A DNA stretch of 56,394 nt, the filler included, from Basidioascus undulatus (lineage: Eukaryota): NCBI GenBank assembly GCA_000826855.1. It is 3 parts of 3 records of this genome, joined end to end, with 100 filler letters (N's around TTAATTAATTAA, not from the genome) between each part and the next. Parts side by side here need not be neighbours in the genome. Positions count along the whole stretch, not along the records: positions 1 to 18,759 come from JTLS01000450.1; positions 18,860 to 37,594 come from JTLS01000451.1; 1 more part is not named here. One strand, 5' to 3'. Shown here piece after piece: positions 12,950-22,899 of the stretch. The stretch's first letter is position 1; each line of letters begins with the position of its first letter. Below the pieces are notes generated by a model. That model was not told where the DNA came from and ran no database searches. It saw only the letters and a program-made list of their open reading frames with translations. Both the position numbers and the translations under genes were made by a program.

Positions 12950-13291
12950 TGAATATTCTTGCATCATAGTGCCAGGAATGATTTGCATCGCCTGAAGTTG
13001 AGAAGGAATTAGTGGGACCGCAGCCAGCGCTATCGCTTTATACGGCTACGCACTCCTACAAAAAAAGTTATTTGGCGCGGAAGGGCGGGTGTGTTCTGCC
13101 GAAGATAGATCGCGGCCATGTCGCGGCCTTGTTGACGTCTCCACTCTTCTCAACTCTTCCTTCTTCCTTTCTTGCGCTTTGGGCGGCTCTCCCCTCTTCC
13201 TTTCCACGTTGAACTTACCCATCCGCCACGCTGCAACGCCTAGACCACTTCACATCTTCCGATCAACTCACTGACTCGCTCAAATTTAATC

Positions 13292-14480
13292 ATGGACTTG
13301 CCTGATGAGATGCTCATGTACATCGTGTCCCTCCTCGGCAGCACTCGCGACCTTGCCAGTCTCTCGCTAGCCTCTCAGCGTCTACACGCCATCGTCGAGC
13401 CATTTATTTACCGCTCTGTAGTTCTCGATGACGACAACATTTCATTGTTCGCTCATTCGCTCGAAGCCCGCCCAGCGCTCACAGCGCACGTGCGCAAACT
13501 CAAAGTCAGCTGGAGCAGGCCGGAGCCGGATGCATCGAACGGGGACGACTCGAGCGAGAGCGAGGACGACGAAGAGAGCGACGAGGAGGCGGAATTGATC
13601 CCAACGGTGACTGCTCTCCCGACTCTCTTTCACATCATTCCTGAGCTCCACGTGCTACACATCTTGCCCGCCCGCTACGATCCTTTTTGCGACGCCAAGA
13701 TCGCCCACCTCCTACCGCACCTGCACTTTGTGCGTGAGTCAGCGCTCATGGAGAGGGCAACTTAGTCAAGTACACGATCCGGGACGTCGCCGCGTGTCTT
13801 GCTCTCCCTTCTTTACGCGTACTCTCCGTAGACCAGGTTGCGCTCAGTAGCATGGCCTGTGCAGTCTGGACCTGCCCGCTCCGAGGGGCAGTTACGACCG
13901 TCACCCATCTGAACTTGACCAACTGCATTCACATCGACAACGAGCTCCTGACGGATTTCTTCGAATCCCTCGCCGAAGAATTACCAAGGCTTCCCTTCGG
14001 CGCCGCAGGACAGATTTAATTGTGTGGCGGTGCACGCTGCGCTTGCCGGCTCGCTTGGCTCGATCACGCATCTCCACCTTAAATCGTTCTTCGTGTCGGG
14101 CACGTTCGGCTCGCTCCTGCGGGATTACACAGCTCTGTGTGATCTCGAGCTGAGCCTCAGCATGTTTATCAAGGCGACGTTATCCATGCGGGAGAACGGG
14201 GACACAGATTTGAAGACGACCGTGGGCAGGAATCCCCCTAGCTTGACCTCGCTCGGGCTCGAGCTCGGCACCCATTGTCCCGCACTGCATCAATCAGCTT
14301 GCGAACTTGCTCAAACACAAGAACGTCACGGCCCCTGCCCTTGAGACACTCGCAATCCATGACTCGGCGGAAGAGATGTTCCCGGACGTGTTGCATCTCA
14401 TGAGACGTGCCTCGCTGCGGGCGTGCGGCCATGCGGAGTGCTGGAGGCCGAGGGGGAAGAAGAGTGTACGCTCAACCCCT
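13292..14480 (+). pseudogene. F-box/LRR-like protein, probably frameshifted
   Basis: N-terminal F-box-like MDLPDEMLMYIVSLL...DLASLSLASQRLHAIVEPFIYRSV. Downstream LRR-like segments (LPSLRVLSV, VTHLNLTNC, ITHLHL, GSLLRDYTALCDLEL, PALETLAI) fall in different frames, with a stop at 14017-14019 and a further shift near 14290 and no obvious introns. 3' end approximate. Confidence 0.6.
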
Positions 14481-15479
14481 AACGTTTCTCCTACTCAGCG
14501 ACGGTATTTTGAGCTCAGGTACACACTTTCATACAGAGCTGAGGAGGTCCCTCGGCCTCCTGGTGGCGCGCAAGGGTCGGTGATGATACTGGCATGGACT
14601 TTGATTGAGGGGGACATTGCATCATCCACTTTCGAGATCCATTCAATGCACTTAGAGTTGCGAATGAGATGTTTCCTTGCATGATCTGAACCTGCTGAGC
14701 GGACAGTCCAACAGCTGTAATCGGCTGTATGTGCCGAGAATGGACTGCATGCAAGTCTGAGCGGCAGTCGGTAGTTCTTCGGATGATGCCTGGGGAGAGC
14801 GCTCATACTTTTGGCCAAACTAAGGCAACTCTGTGCCTGTTGATCTGGATAAAATACTCTGCTTGTGTCAAGGAGAGACCTCAAACCTCACGTCGAACCT
14901 CCCTCGCTCTATCGTAAACATCGTGTGCACGCATGCGAGCTCGGAGGACTGGCTGACGCGGAGAGCTGCATTGATCAAATCTAGAACTTAAGGTCAGACT
15001 ATAAAATTTACCTGGGGCCAAAAACTGGAGAGAAAACCGTGAGCAGCACTGGCTGTGGTTGTTGTTCATGTGCGTCTTCACGCTGCAATGCGACAGTAAC
15101 TGGCACGGGTGACGGCAGCCTTCAAAACAGTCACATAAAGGTACTTTACATACCCCTTAATGATGCTACAAGGCTTGACACCCACAGACGACGCAATATC
15201 CCCCGCATTGTGCACTACCCGTGTTGCGCGGTGCCGCCTTTATTCTCCCGGCGTGTCTACAGGTGGTTGAGGCAGACACGCTTACGAAGTTACGAGCGAC
15301 AGAGTGGGGCTAGAAAGGCTTCCTTCCTTGCTTTTTCTGCTGAAGAGACAGCCGAAAGGGCGAAGGCACGCAGGGCAGCTGCTTCCGAAAGCAGTTCTCA
15401 GCTACCAGCGCTCCATTCGGCCGCTTATCGAGAAAGGCGCCTTTAGACGGCGTACTGGATAGGTGGACATGCCTTTTAT

Positions 15480-17000
15480 GTATGAACTACTAATTAGAGA
15501 GAGGTAAAGGACAGACTATCCCCCGCTCATGGTACTCAAAAGCAGCGAGCAGCAGGAGAGGGTGCAGTCCCCGCTTCCAGCATGCGGCTCAAGCCTTGGT
15601 TCTATGCGGTTCAAGCCCTGGTCCTACGAGAGTGCCAACTAGATAGAGCATTGCGTAATACATAGAAAGTTATGTCGTCTGAAATCTGAAGAGGAGGGAC
15701 GGGGAAGCCGAGCGTCGAGCGTGGACGTCAAATATGCTGTCAGATCTGAATCGTTCAACAACATACCAACAGTCGGCGAGTGCTACTACGTCCCTAGAGT
15801 GCTACTACATCCCTAGAGCGCTACCAACTGGCCAAACGAGTTCATGGCATACCATACTTAAGGCATTTAGGGCTCGTTTTAATCAAGCCAGTTTCAAACC
15901 TGCAGGCAGATGGAACTGCTCTGCTGTTCTTAGAGCTGATGGCACAGACACCGAGTGCTCAGCCAGCTCTTTTGTCTCCGCATTGGGGTTGGGCCTGTAC
16001 CCAGGCTGAATCTTTCTGAAAATTTCTTGGGTATGAAACCGGGACAATCAGTCATATTAACAGGGAACAAGCTACGCTGAAGTTGTAACTAACCTAATTC
16101 TGCCATACCTCATCCCGACACTAGAGCTCTTCACCTCCAGAGGTCCATTTGCCTTCCCATTCTCCATATTCTCTCTTCAGCTACGTACATCCCAGGTAAA
16201 TGTAACTATATGGTTACCATCATTCACTCAGTGAATCCATATTTGCAAGGGTTGCTGACCTGCTGCCTTCAGGATGCCCCTCAGGGCTCCTGGTGGGGCT
16301 TCCCACACACAAAAGTGTGTATACAACTATTTCACCCTCCTGGGTTGGCTCTACACCACTCACTCTACCACACTGCTGCACACCAGCAGGGCCAGAGTGC
16401 AAAGTGACCCTCCCCTCCTCCGTTAAGATCCAGCTGACCTCTTTATTTTTTCTGCCTCTGCTTTGTCTATCAAGTCATCAAACCTTCCAGCCCCAAGACC
16501 AAGGCATCCTCCCTGCTCAACATACAGCAGCATCCCTCCTCTAGGCCTGTCCATTGCCGTGGCCCCGGGCATCCCACCAAAACTGAGAAGCGGGCAGAGG
16601 GGAGAGCAGCAAAGGCTGCACATCTCACTGAGGAGGCCCAGTCAGGTGCTGCACCACCCCCAAGCCCACCCAGCCTGCCCACATGGTGTTCCTAAGGGTC
16701 CCGTTCAGCCCTTCACTGCTCAGCTCTCCTCCGCCCCCTGCGCAGCCTGTCCCCCGCCACCGCCCAGGGCGGCCTACGAATGCAGAGAAGTTAGCAGACC
16801 GCAGAGCAGCATGGATGGCACATCTTGCAACAGAGAAAGAGCTCCGGGCATCCCAGCCCGAGAAAGCTACCACTAGGAGCAGCCCTCCCGCCCCGAGCAC
16901 GAGCACTCTGCCGCCGCTCGGCTCCCTCCGCGCGGCACAAAGCACTACCCAAGTATCGCTAGTCCCGAGTCAGCCAAGGTGCACTCCTTGCAATGAAGTA
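15480..17000. mobile_element. CpG-depleted probable transposon relic with short tandem repeats
   Basis: No CG dinucleotide from ~16190 to ~16420 and few to ~16750, in an otherwise CpG-rich genome. Tandem near-repeats atgcggYtcaagccYtggtYct x2 (15582-15625) and gagtgctactacRtcccta x2+ (15778-15825). No transposase domain recognised; boundaries approximate. Confidence 0.4.
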
Positions 17001-17786
17001 TACCGATCCGCTGTGCAAGGTCCGTGAGCAATTCGAAGGGTAAGTATCTGAGCTCTGCCCACTTCATGCTGCTGATCTGTCTGACTTCCTTTCAACATCC
17101 TTGGCTGCCTCGCAAGCCAAGCAAACCAACAGGAAGCGTTCGAAGAAGAGGGATCCGTAGGGTCCTTTATTTGCACTTCTGCCCGTCAAACCATTCCTGC
17201 AACGGCCGTGCCACAGCAAAATGACCAAGCAGCTGCGGCTGAGACTTTGCGCCGTCCTCCATATCAGCTCTAGAAACCGACTTCATGAGACGGCCTTGTC
17301 ATCTTCATTGATCATTGAATTTAGTGCTCTGCCATCTGAAACGAGTGCATGCAAGAGTGAACACATGAGAGGAGGCTTTAGACATCCCGCTCATTATACA
17401 CTGAGAAGCATTCAAATGCGGAAAACAAACGGAAAACACTAAGCGAAAGGCGAAAGGTGGAAAACGTCCGGATTAGGAAACCACAAACCACCTTTCGCCG
17501 CATTCATCTGCGAGGTCGCCAGATGCGTCCTCACAAGGCAAGCTTCTACTGCCTAGACAAGCCTAAGACGCGGTCGTAGTCATTATGCGCATCTCACCTT
17601 TCCGGAGGCACTTTGCATGCCCGTCACAAGCTTTCAGCACGTACCACTCTTTCCCCGTCTCATCTGTCCTTCTTCTTCCTATCTCCCCCAAACTGCGCCC
17701 CAAACACGTGCGCTCAGCTCATTCGTCTATTCAAGCAACTGCCCTCTCCTCTCACCTCCTCCTCCCCCCTTGACACCCTCAAGCAT

Positions 17787-18550
17787 CTAGTACATGAGCC
17801 CCTGGTTATTACCCTGTCCCATCGCCCGCGCTCACAAGTCAGCACCGCTTGCTCAGCTCCGTCTGAAAAATATGCTAAATGGACCTTCGGCTGCTTGATC
17901 TGGTTCCCCCCAAAATGAGCGGGTCAGTGCCGCTCGAGCACGAAAGGTGAGGAGAGGAAAGAAGGAAGGGAGTCGAAGAGAAGAGAGAGGGAAGTGAAGA
18001 GTGGATCGAGAAGAGAAAGGGTAGGGAAAAGGAAGGGAACGCACCTTCGCGATGTTCTTATGGATCACGTCGACGAGGATGACGAAGATCGAGCGGAGGT
18101 CGTGCAGGTGCTGGCGGGCTGTTTGTCCGGGTGAGGCCAAAGCGTCAGCGAGGCTGTCAAGGCTAGAGGTGAAAGAGGGAGGAGGGGGAGGAAGGGAGAT
18201 ACCGAGGTAGAGTTGCCTGGCACCCGCCGTGACCGAAAAGGAAATAACAGTCAGGACCCGTTCCCTTGCGGTGTGTTCAGCAGAGCGAAAAACACAGCAA
18301 CGCACCGGTCGTCCAGCTCCTGTAGCGCCAATTTATCTGTCCCCCGCCCCCGCCCCACGCACGTCAGGGTAAATAAAGAGGGGCAACGGATGAAAGAGCA
18401 GCAACGCACAGTCCTCCAACCCCGGGTATTTGACAATCTTGCTCGCGGCCTTCCCGCGCGACGCAAAGTACTTGCCCGCCGCGTCGCGGAGGTTGTACGC
18501 CGACTCTTGCGCACGGTGCAGCTCGGCTAGGGCTTCTTCTTGGACGGCCA
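17787..18550 (-). CDS. Proteasome activator PA28/REG (11S) family subunit, C-terminal exons; 5' part runs into the assembly gap
   Basis: Spliced: AVQEEALAELHRAQESAYNLRDAAGKYFASRGKAASKIVKYPGLED|YKLALQELDDR|QLYL|ARQHLHDLRSIFVILVDVIHKNIAK|IKQPK|GNNQGLMY*. Matches the PA28 C-terminal domain (QEE..EL, SK..KYP.LEDY, E.DE, D.I.KN..KI..PK, terminal Y). Confidence 0.88.
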
Positions 18551-18759
18551 CTGTTGGGGGCGTGGCGACGAGCAGAAGACGCAAGTCAGCAAGTGCGACC
18601 AAGTAGACAGGGACATGGGGGGACGGGAAGGGGGATAGCGGGAAGGGGACGAGGGAAGTGGAGAAAAAGGGAGGGGGCGCACGACGAGGGGCGGTTATGC
18701 GCATTCTGCGGGACTTTCCAAGGGCCGAGTCAGTTGTTGTTCGCGCGCCAATGTTTAGA

Positions 18760-18859
18760 NNNNNNNNNNNNNNNNNNNNNNNNNNNNNNNNNNNNNNNNN
18801 NNNTTAATTAATTAANNNNNNNNNNNNNNNNNNNNNNNNNNNNNNNNNNNNNNNNNNNN
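18760..18859. other. Assembly gap with artificial TTAATTAATTAA linker
   Basis: 100-bp N run with a central all-frame-stop linker. Confidence 0.97.
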
Positions 18860-19155
18860 CCCACCGCCCACTCGCCCCACCCAACTTACAGACTTCTCAC
18901 CTACCCAGAAGCTGCCCAGTTACTCAATGAACCTCAAGGGACCACAAACACTGCATGGGAGCCCTGCAAAGCACAAAATTTAGCAGGGCCTGGAATAAGG
19001 AATATAATCACAATATAATCAGTATTCTGGTGGAGAAAAGGTTTTGCCACTGCCCCCAGTCCTAGAATAAGAATACAGCATTTACATGTATTCCTCGACG
19101 GATTAGAATACAGTTAATTGCCGGAATACATATTTAATCTATTTCTGGATCCCTA
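18860..19155. mobile_element. Probable DNA-transposon (hAT-like) end
   Basis: AT-rich, CpG-poor segment with repeated GAATA/TATTC motifs, ending in GGATCCCTA (reverse complement TAGGGATCC; TAGGG starts are common in hAT TIRs). Sits at a contig end. No partner TIR or TSD visible. Confidence 0.4.
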
Positions 19156-19881
19156 GATGGGAGAGATGGCTGGGTGGGTGTTTTTTTGGCAGGATATTCG
19201 AATTAACAGCGCTGCAATGGCGAGCGCTGCCCGTGCAAGAATTGGGACACGACGAGTGAAATACGCTGTAAACCGACATTGAGGAGCAGAAGTGGCCGTG
19301 CGGGTTGGAGAGCCTCAACGTCGATCGGAGCGACAAGACGCGACTGGCGAGAAGACGCGAAGACACGGCCTGTTCCGCGAGTGACCTTGCACCGACCTCC
19401 GGTACGCCGTGAATATTATGGAGAATCTCTCTTAAAAAAGACGAGGCAGAAACGACGAGCATCGCTGAGGTGATGGTGGGAGGAAAGCAAGACGCAGGCT
19501 GCCTGACCAGCCGCCGCGCCAAAGGAAGACGTCGGGTGGGCTGGGCACCGCGGCAGTTCAGGTCCGCTGGGCAACTTCCTCTCCTGGAAATCGAGGACTA
19601 ACGTGCAAGCGTCTGAGTTCTGAAAGAGCTGGTCGGCGTGCATGCAGTGTGTGCCGCTTGGCTCACCCGCTCTGTCGGAATGCCTCATGAGCAACCGTAA
19701 TTCGTTGAACCACTCCTTCAACCCACTCACTATCGAGCATTGCTCCAATGCATTCATCATCCCACATCTCCGCGCCCTCTCCCACACCCGACACTGTCCA
19801 TTCCTCCCCCTCCCGTGCTTGGTGATGTGGTCCTAACAAACGAGCGCGGGGTGTGTGGTGTGATGGGGGATGTGCGTGCAG

Positions 19882-22240
19882 AGGTCGCGCCCGCCGAGCG
19901 CACGGGGCTGTTCATCCGCAAGATCCAGCAGTGCAAGGTCGTGTTCGACTTCAACGACGCGTCGGCGGACCTGCAGGGCAAGCAGGTCAAGGCGCAGGCG
20001 CTGCACGAGATGCTCGAGTACATCACCACCCAGCGCGGCGTTATCACCGAGCCCGTCTATCCGGAGGTCGTCAGCATGGTTCGTCGCTCCTTCCTCTCCC
20101 CCTCATCCTCTCCTACCTCCGCGCTTCCCCACCGTCTCTCCCCCCCTCGCTTGTTTGGGAGAGAGATAAGATGGTACTGATGACGGTGGGTGGGGACGAA
20201 CCAGTTCGCGACCAACCTCTTCCGCTCGATCCCGCCGCCCGTGAACCCGACGGGGGACGCGTTCGACCCGGAGGAGGACGAGCCCGTGCTCGAGCTCGCG
20301 TGGCCGCACCTTCAGATCGTCTACGAGTTCTTCCTCCGCTTCGTCGAGAGCCCCGACTTCAACACCAACATTGCCAAGCGCTACATTGAGCAGAGCTTCG
20401 TCCTCCAGGTTCGTCCGCTTTCCCTTCGCGTGGTGTAGTGTCCAAACGGGGTGAAGAGGGGGGACAGTGTGGAGGAGAGGAGAAGGGGAGAAGAGGAGAA
20501 GGGGAGGAAAGGAGAAGAGAGAAGAGAGAAGATGGCTGACGGCGGCGTTGGGCGGGGGCAACAGCTTCTTGAGCTCTTCGACTCGGAGGATCCCCGAGAG
20601 CGCGACTTCCTCAAGACGACGCTTCATCGGATCTACGGCAAATTCCTGAACCTGCGCGCCTTCATCCGGCGCTCGATCAACAACGTCTTCTTCCAGTTCA
20701 TCTACGAGACGGAGCGGCACAACGGGATCGCGGAGCTGCTCGAGATCCTGGGGTCGATCATTAACGGCTTCGCGCTCCCGCTCAAGGACGAGCACAAGAC
20801 GTTCCTCACGCGCGTGCTCATCCCGCTCCACAAGGTCAAGAGCCTCGCGCTCTACCACCCGCAGCTCGCGTACTGCGTCGTCCAGTTCCTCGAGAAGGAC
20901 GCGATCCTCACGGAGGAGGTCATCCTCGGCTTGCTGAGGTTCTGGCCCAAGGTCAATAGTCCGAAGGAGGTCATGTTCTTGAACGAGGTCGAGGAGATCT
21001 TGGACGTCATCGAGCCCAGCGAGTTCGCAAAGATCCAGGTCCCACTCTTCCAGCAGCTCAGCCGATGCATCAATTCCCAACACTTCCAGGTACGTCCGCG
21101 CTTCCCTCCCCCTTCTCTTCCCTATCTCCACCGCGCCGCTTGAGGATTTGGGCGGGCTGACGCTGCTGGTGCGGTGGGGTGGGTCAGGTCGCTGAGCGCG
21201 CGCTCTACTACTGGAACAACGACTACATCGTCAACCTCATGGGCGACAACATCGCCGTCATCCTTCCCATCGTCTTTGCGAGCCTGTACCAAAACTCAAA
21301 GACGCATTGGAACCGGTGCGTTGCGCGCTTCTGTCCCGGCCTACCCACCCTTCGACCCGGGATCGAGTACTGATGTGGGCGTCAACCGCCACAGGACTAT
21401 CCACGGCATGGTGTACAACGCGCTCAAGCTGTTCATGGAGATGAACCCGCCGCTGTTCGACGAGTGCACCGCAAACTACAAGGCGCAACGGCAACAGTGC
21501 GTTGTCGTGTTGCCCCTCCCCCTCCCCTCCCACCACCTCCTGACCGTCTCGCGACCCGACCCGCGCCTACAGAGAACGCCAACAGCTCCAAGAGCGCGAG
21601 AGAACGTGGGAGCAGCTGCGCAGTGCGGCGGTCGCGAACCGCGCCGCGGCGGGCGCGACTGGTCCGCTGCCGGAGACGCTCCTCGCCGCGCCGAAGTACA
21701 CGAGCCCCGCGTCGGCCGCGCTCGCGAACGCTGAAGCCGACGAACTCATCGACGAGCTCCCCGCCGCGCTGGCGGAGGTCAGCCTCCAGGGCCGCGCCGA
21801 GCTCGAGGGCGACCAGTCCGCCGGGCCGCTGGAGCAGGGCGAGTCGGGCGCGGGCGCGGAGATGGAGGGTGGGAGTGGGGCGGTGGGAGGGGAATCGTTT
21901 ACGGTCGAGAATGGACAGGGGGAGGGCGGGGCGGAGGTACATCTCTTCGTCAGGTTATGAGGGGGGGGGCGGCCGGAGGAAGCTATGCTGACTTACAGTG
22001 CGGTGCAGTTAGCGGATCCGGCACGAGGCCCTGTAGCGGGCGCGGGCGCTGAGGGCCCGCATGTCAGGCGGAAGAGCGTCTTGCCTTGTGCGTCCAGTAT
22101 CTCTCTCCATCCCGCCGCGATCTGCGAGCTGACTTGCGGGGCGCGCTCCAGTGGACCCCAACGTCCTCCGAGACCTCGCCGCGCACAAGAGTCTCGACGG
22201 CGAGAACGGGAACGGCCGGCTACCGTCCGAGGGCAACTGA
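19882..22240 (+). CDS. RTS1: Protein phosphatase 2A regulatory subunit B56 (B'); 5' exons not found
   Basis: Exons: [26 protein letters not shown]..., [84 protein letters not shown]...[80 protein letters not shown]...SEGN* (TGA 22238-22240). Confidence 0.95.
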
Positions 22241-22260
22241 TCGCAGGGAACCGAACCACC

Positions 22261-22297
22261 GCACACGCACACGCACACGTACACGCACACGCACACG
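22261..22297 (+). repeat. (GCACAC)n microsatellite just downstream of the B56 stop
   Basis: gcacac gcacac gcacac gtacac gcacac gcacac g, read directly. Confidence 0.85.
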
Positions 22298-22899
22298 CCC
22301 GCCCAGACGGCGCGGCCTAGACGTCCTCCCTCCCTACGTACCTCCTGCGCAGAACACCGAATCCCGTTTTCTCCTCCTCTCTTTCCTTGTCTCGAATCGA
22401 ATCACGCACCGCAGCCATCACGGTCTATACCCCTTTCCGTCCAACCTTCACGTCTCTTCTAGCCGTCCGCGCCACGTCCTGCATGCGTACTTGCTTGCCC
22501 CCACCTACCCATCCATTCTTCCGCGCGCATGACGACACTTCTGCCCGTTTCCCTCAACCCATCATAGTTTCGCCTCGCCCGCGCCACCCTACGACCTTTC
22601 CCTCTTATCTCTTTCTCCTTTTAACTCTCGTCCCCCTTTTCTCTTTTCTCATCATTCCTTTTTCTCTTCTTCTTCTCTCTTTGATTTTCGTGTGTACCGC
22701 TCTTCAGTACCGTACGATGCCCTCATCATCCCGCCGCGCTGCAGTGATAACTTGCTTTTTGATGGATCGAGCTTGTCGGCCGGTTTGCATTGGACTTTGC
22801 GGGCGATCTGATAGACGTTCGGAAAGGGAAGAGTACGAAGTAGGTCCTGTGCAGAGTCTTGACGACGTACTCGGTGGTCTGTTCTCTGGCGCAGACACC

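Noticed and set aside
15778..15825. CRISPR-like short repeats
   Set aside because: Directly tandem with no spacers, in eukaryotic DNA with no cas genes.
18804..18815. TTAATTAATTAA palindrome inside N runs (also 37639-37650)
   Set aside because: Identical motif centred in two 100-bp gaps; an artificial contig linker. Adjacency across these gaps should not be trusted.
20103..21131. 342-aa antisense ORF, and similar long antisense ORFs over RAV1, ASN and XDH
   Set aside because: Shadow ORFs expected from the high GC3 codon bias of the sense genes.
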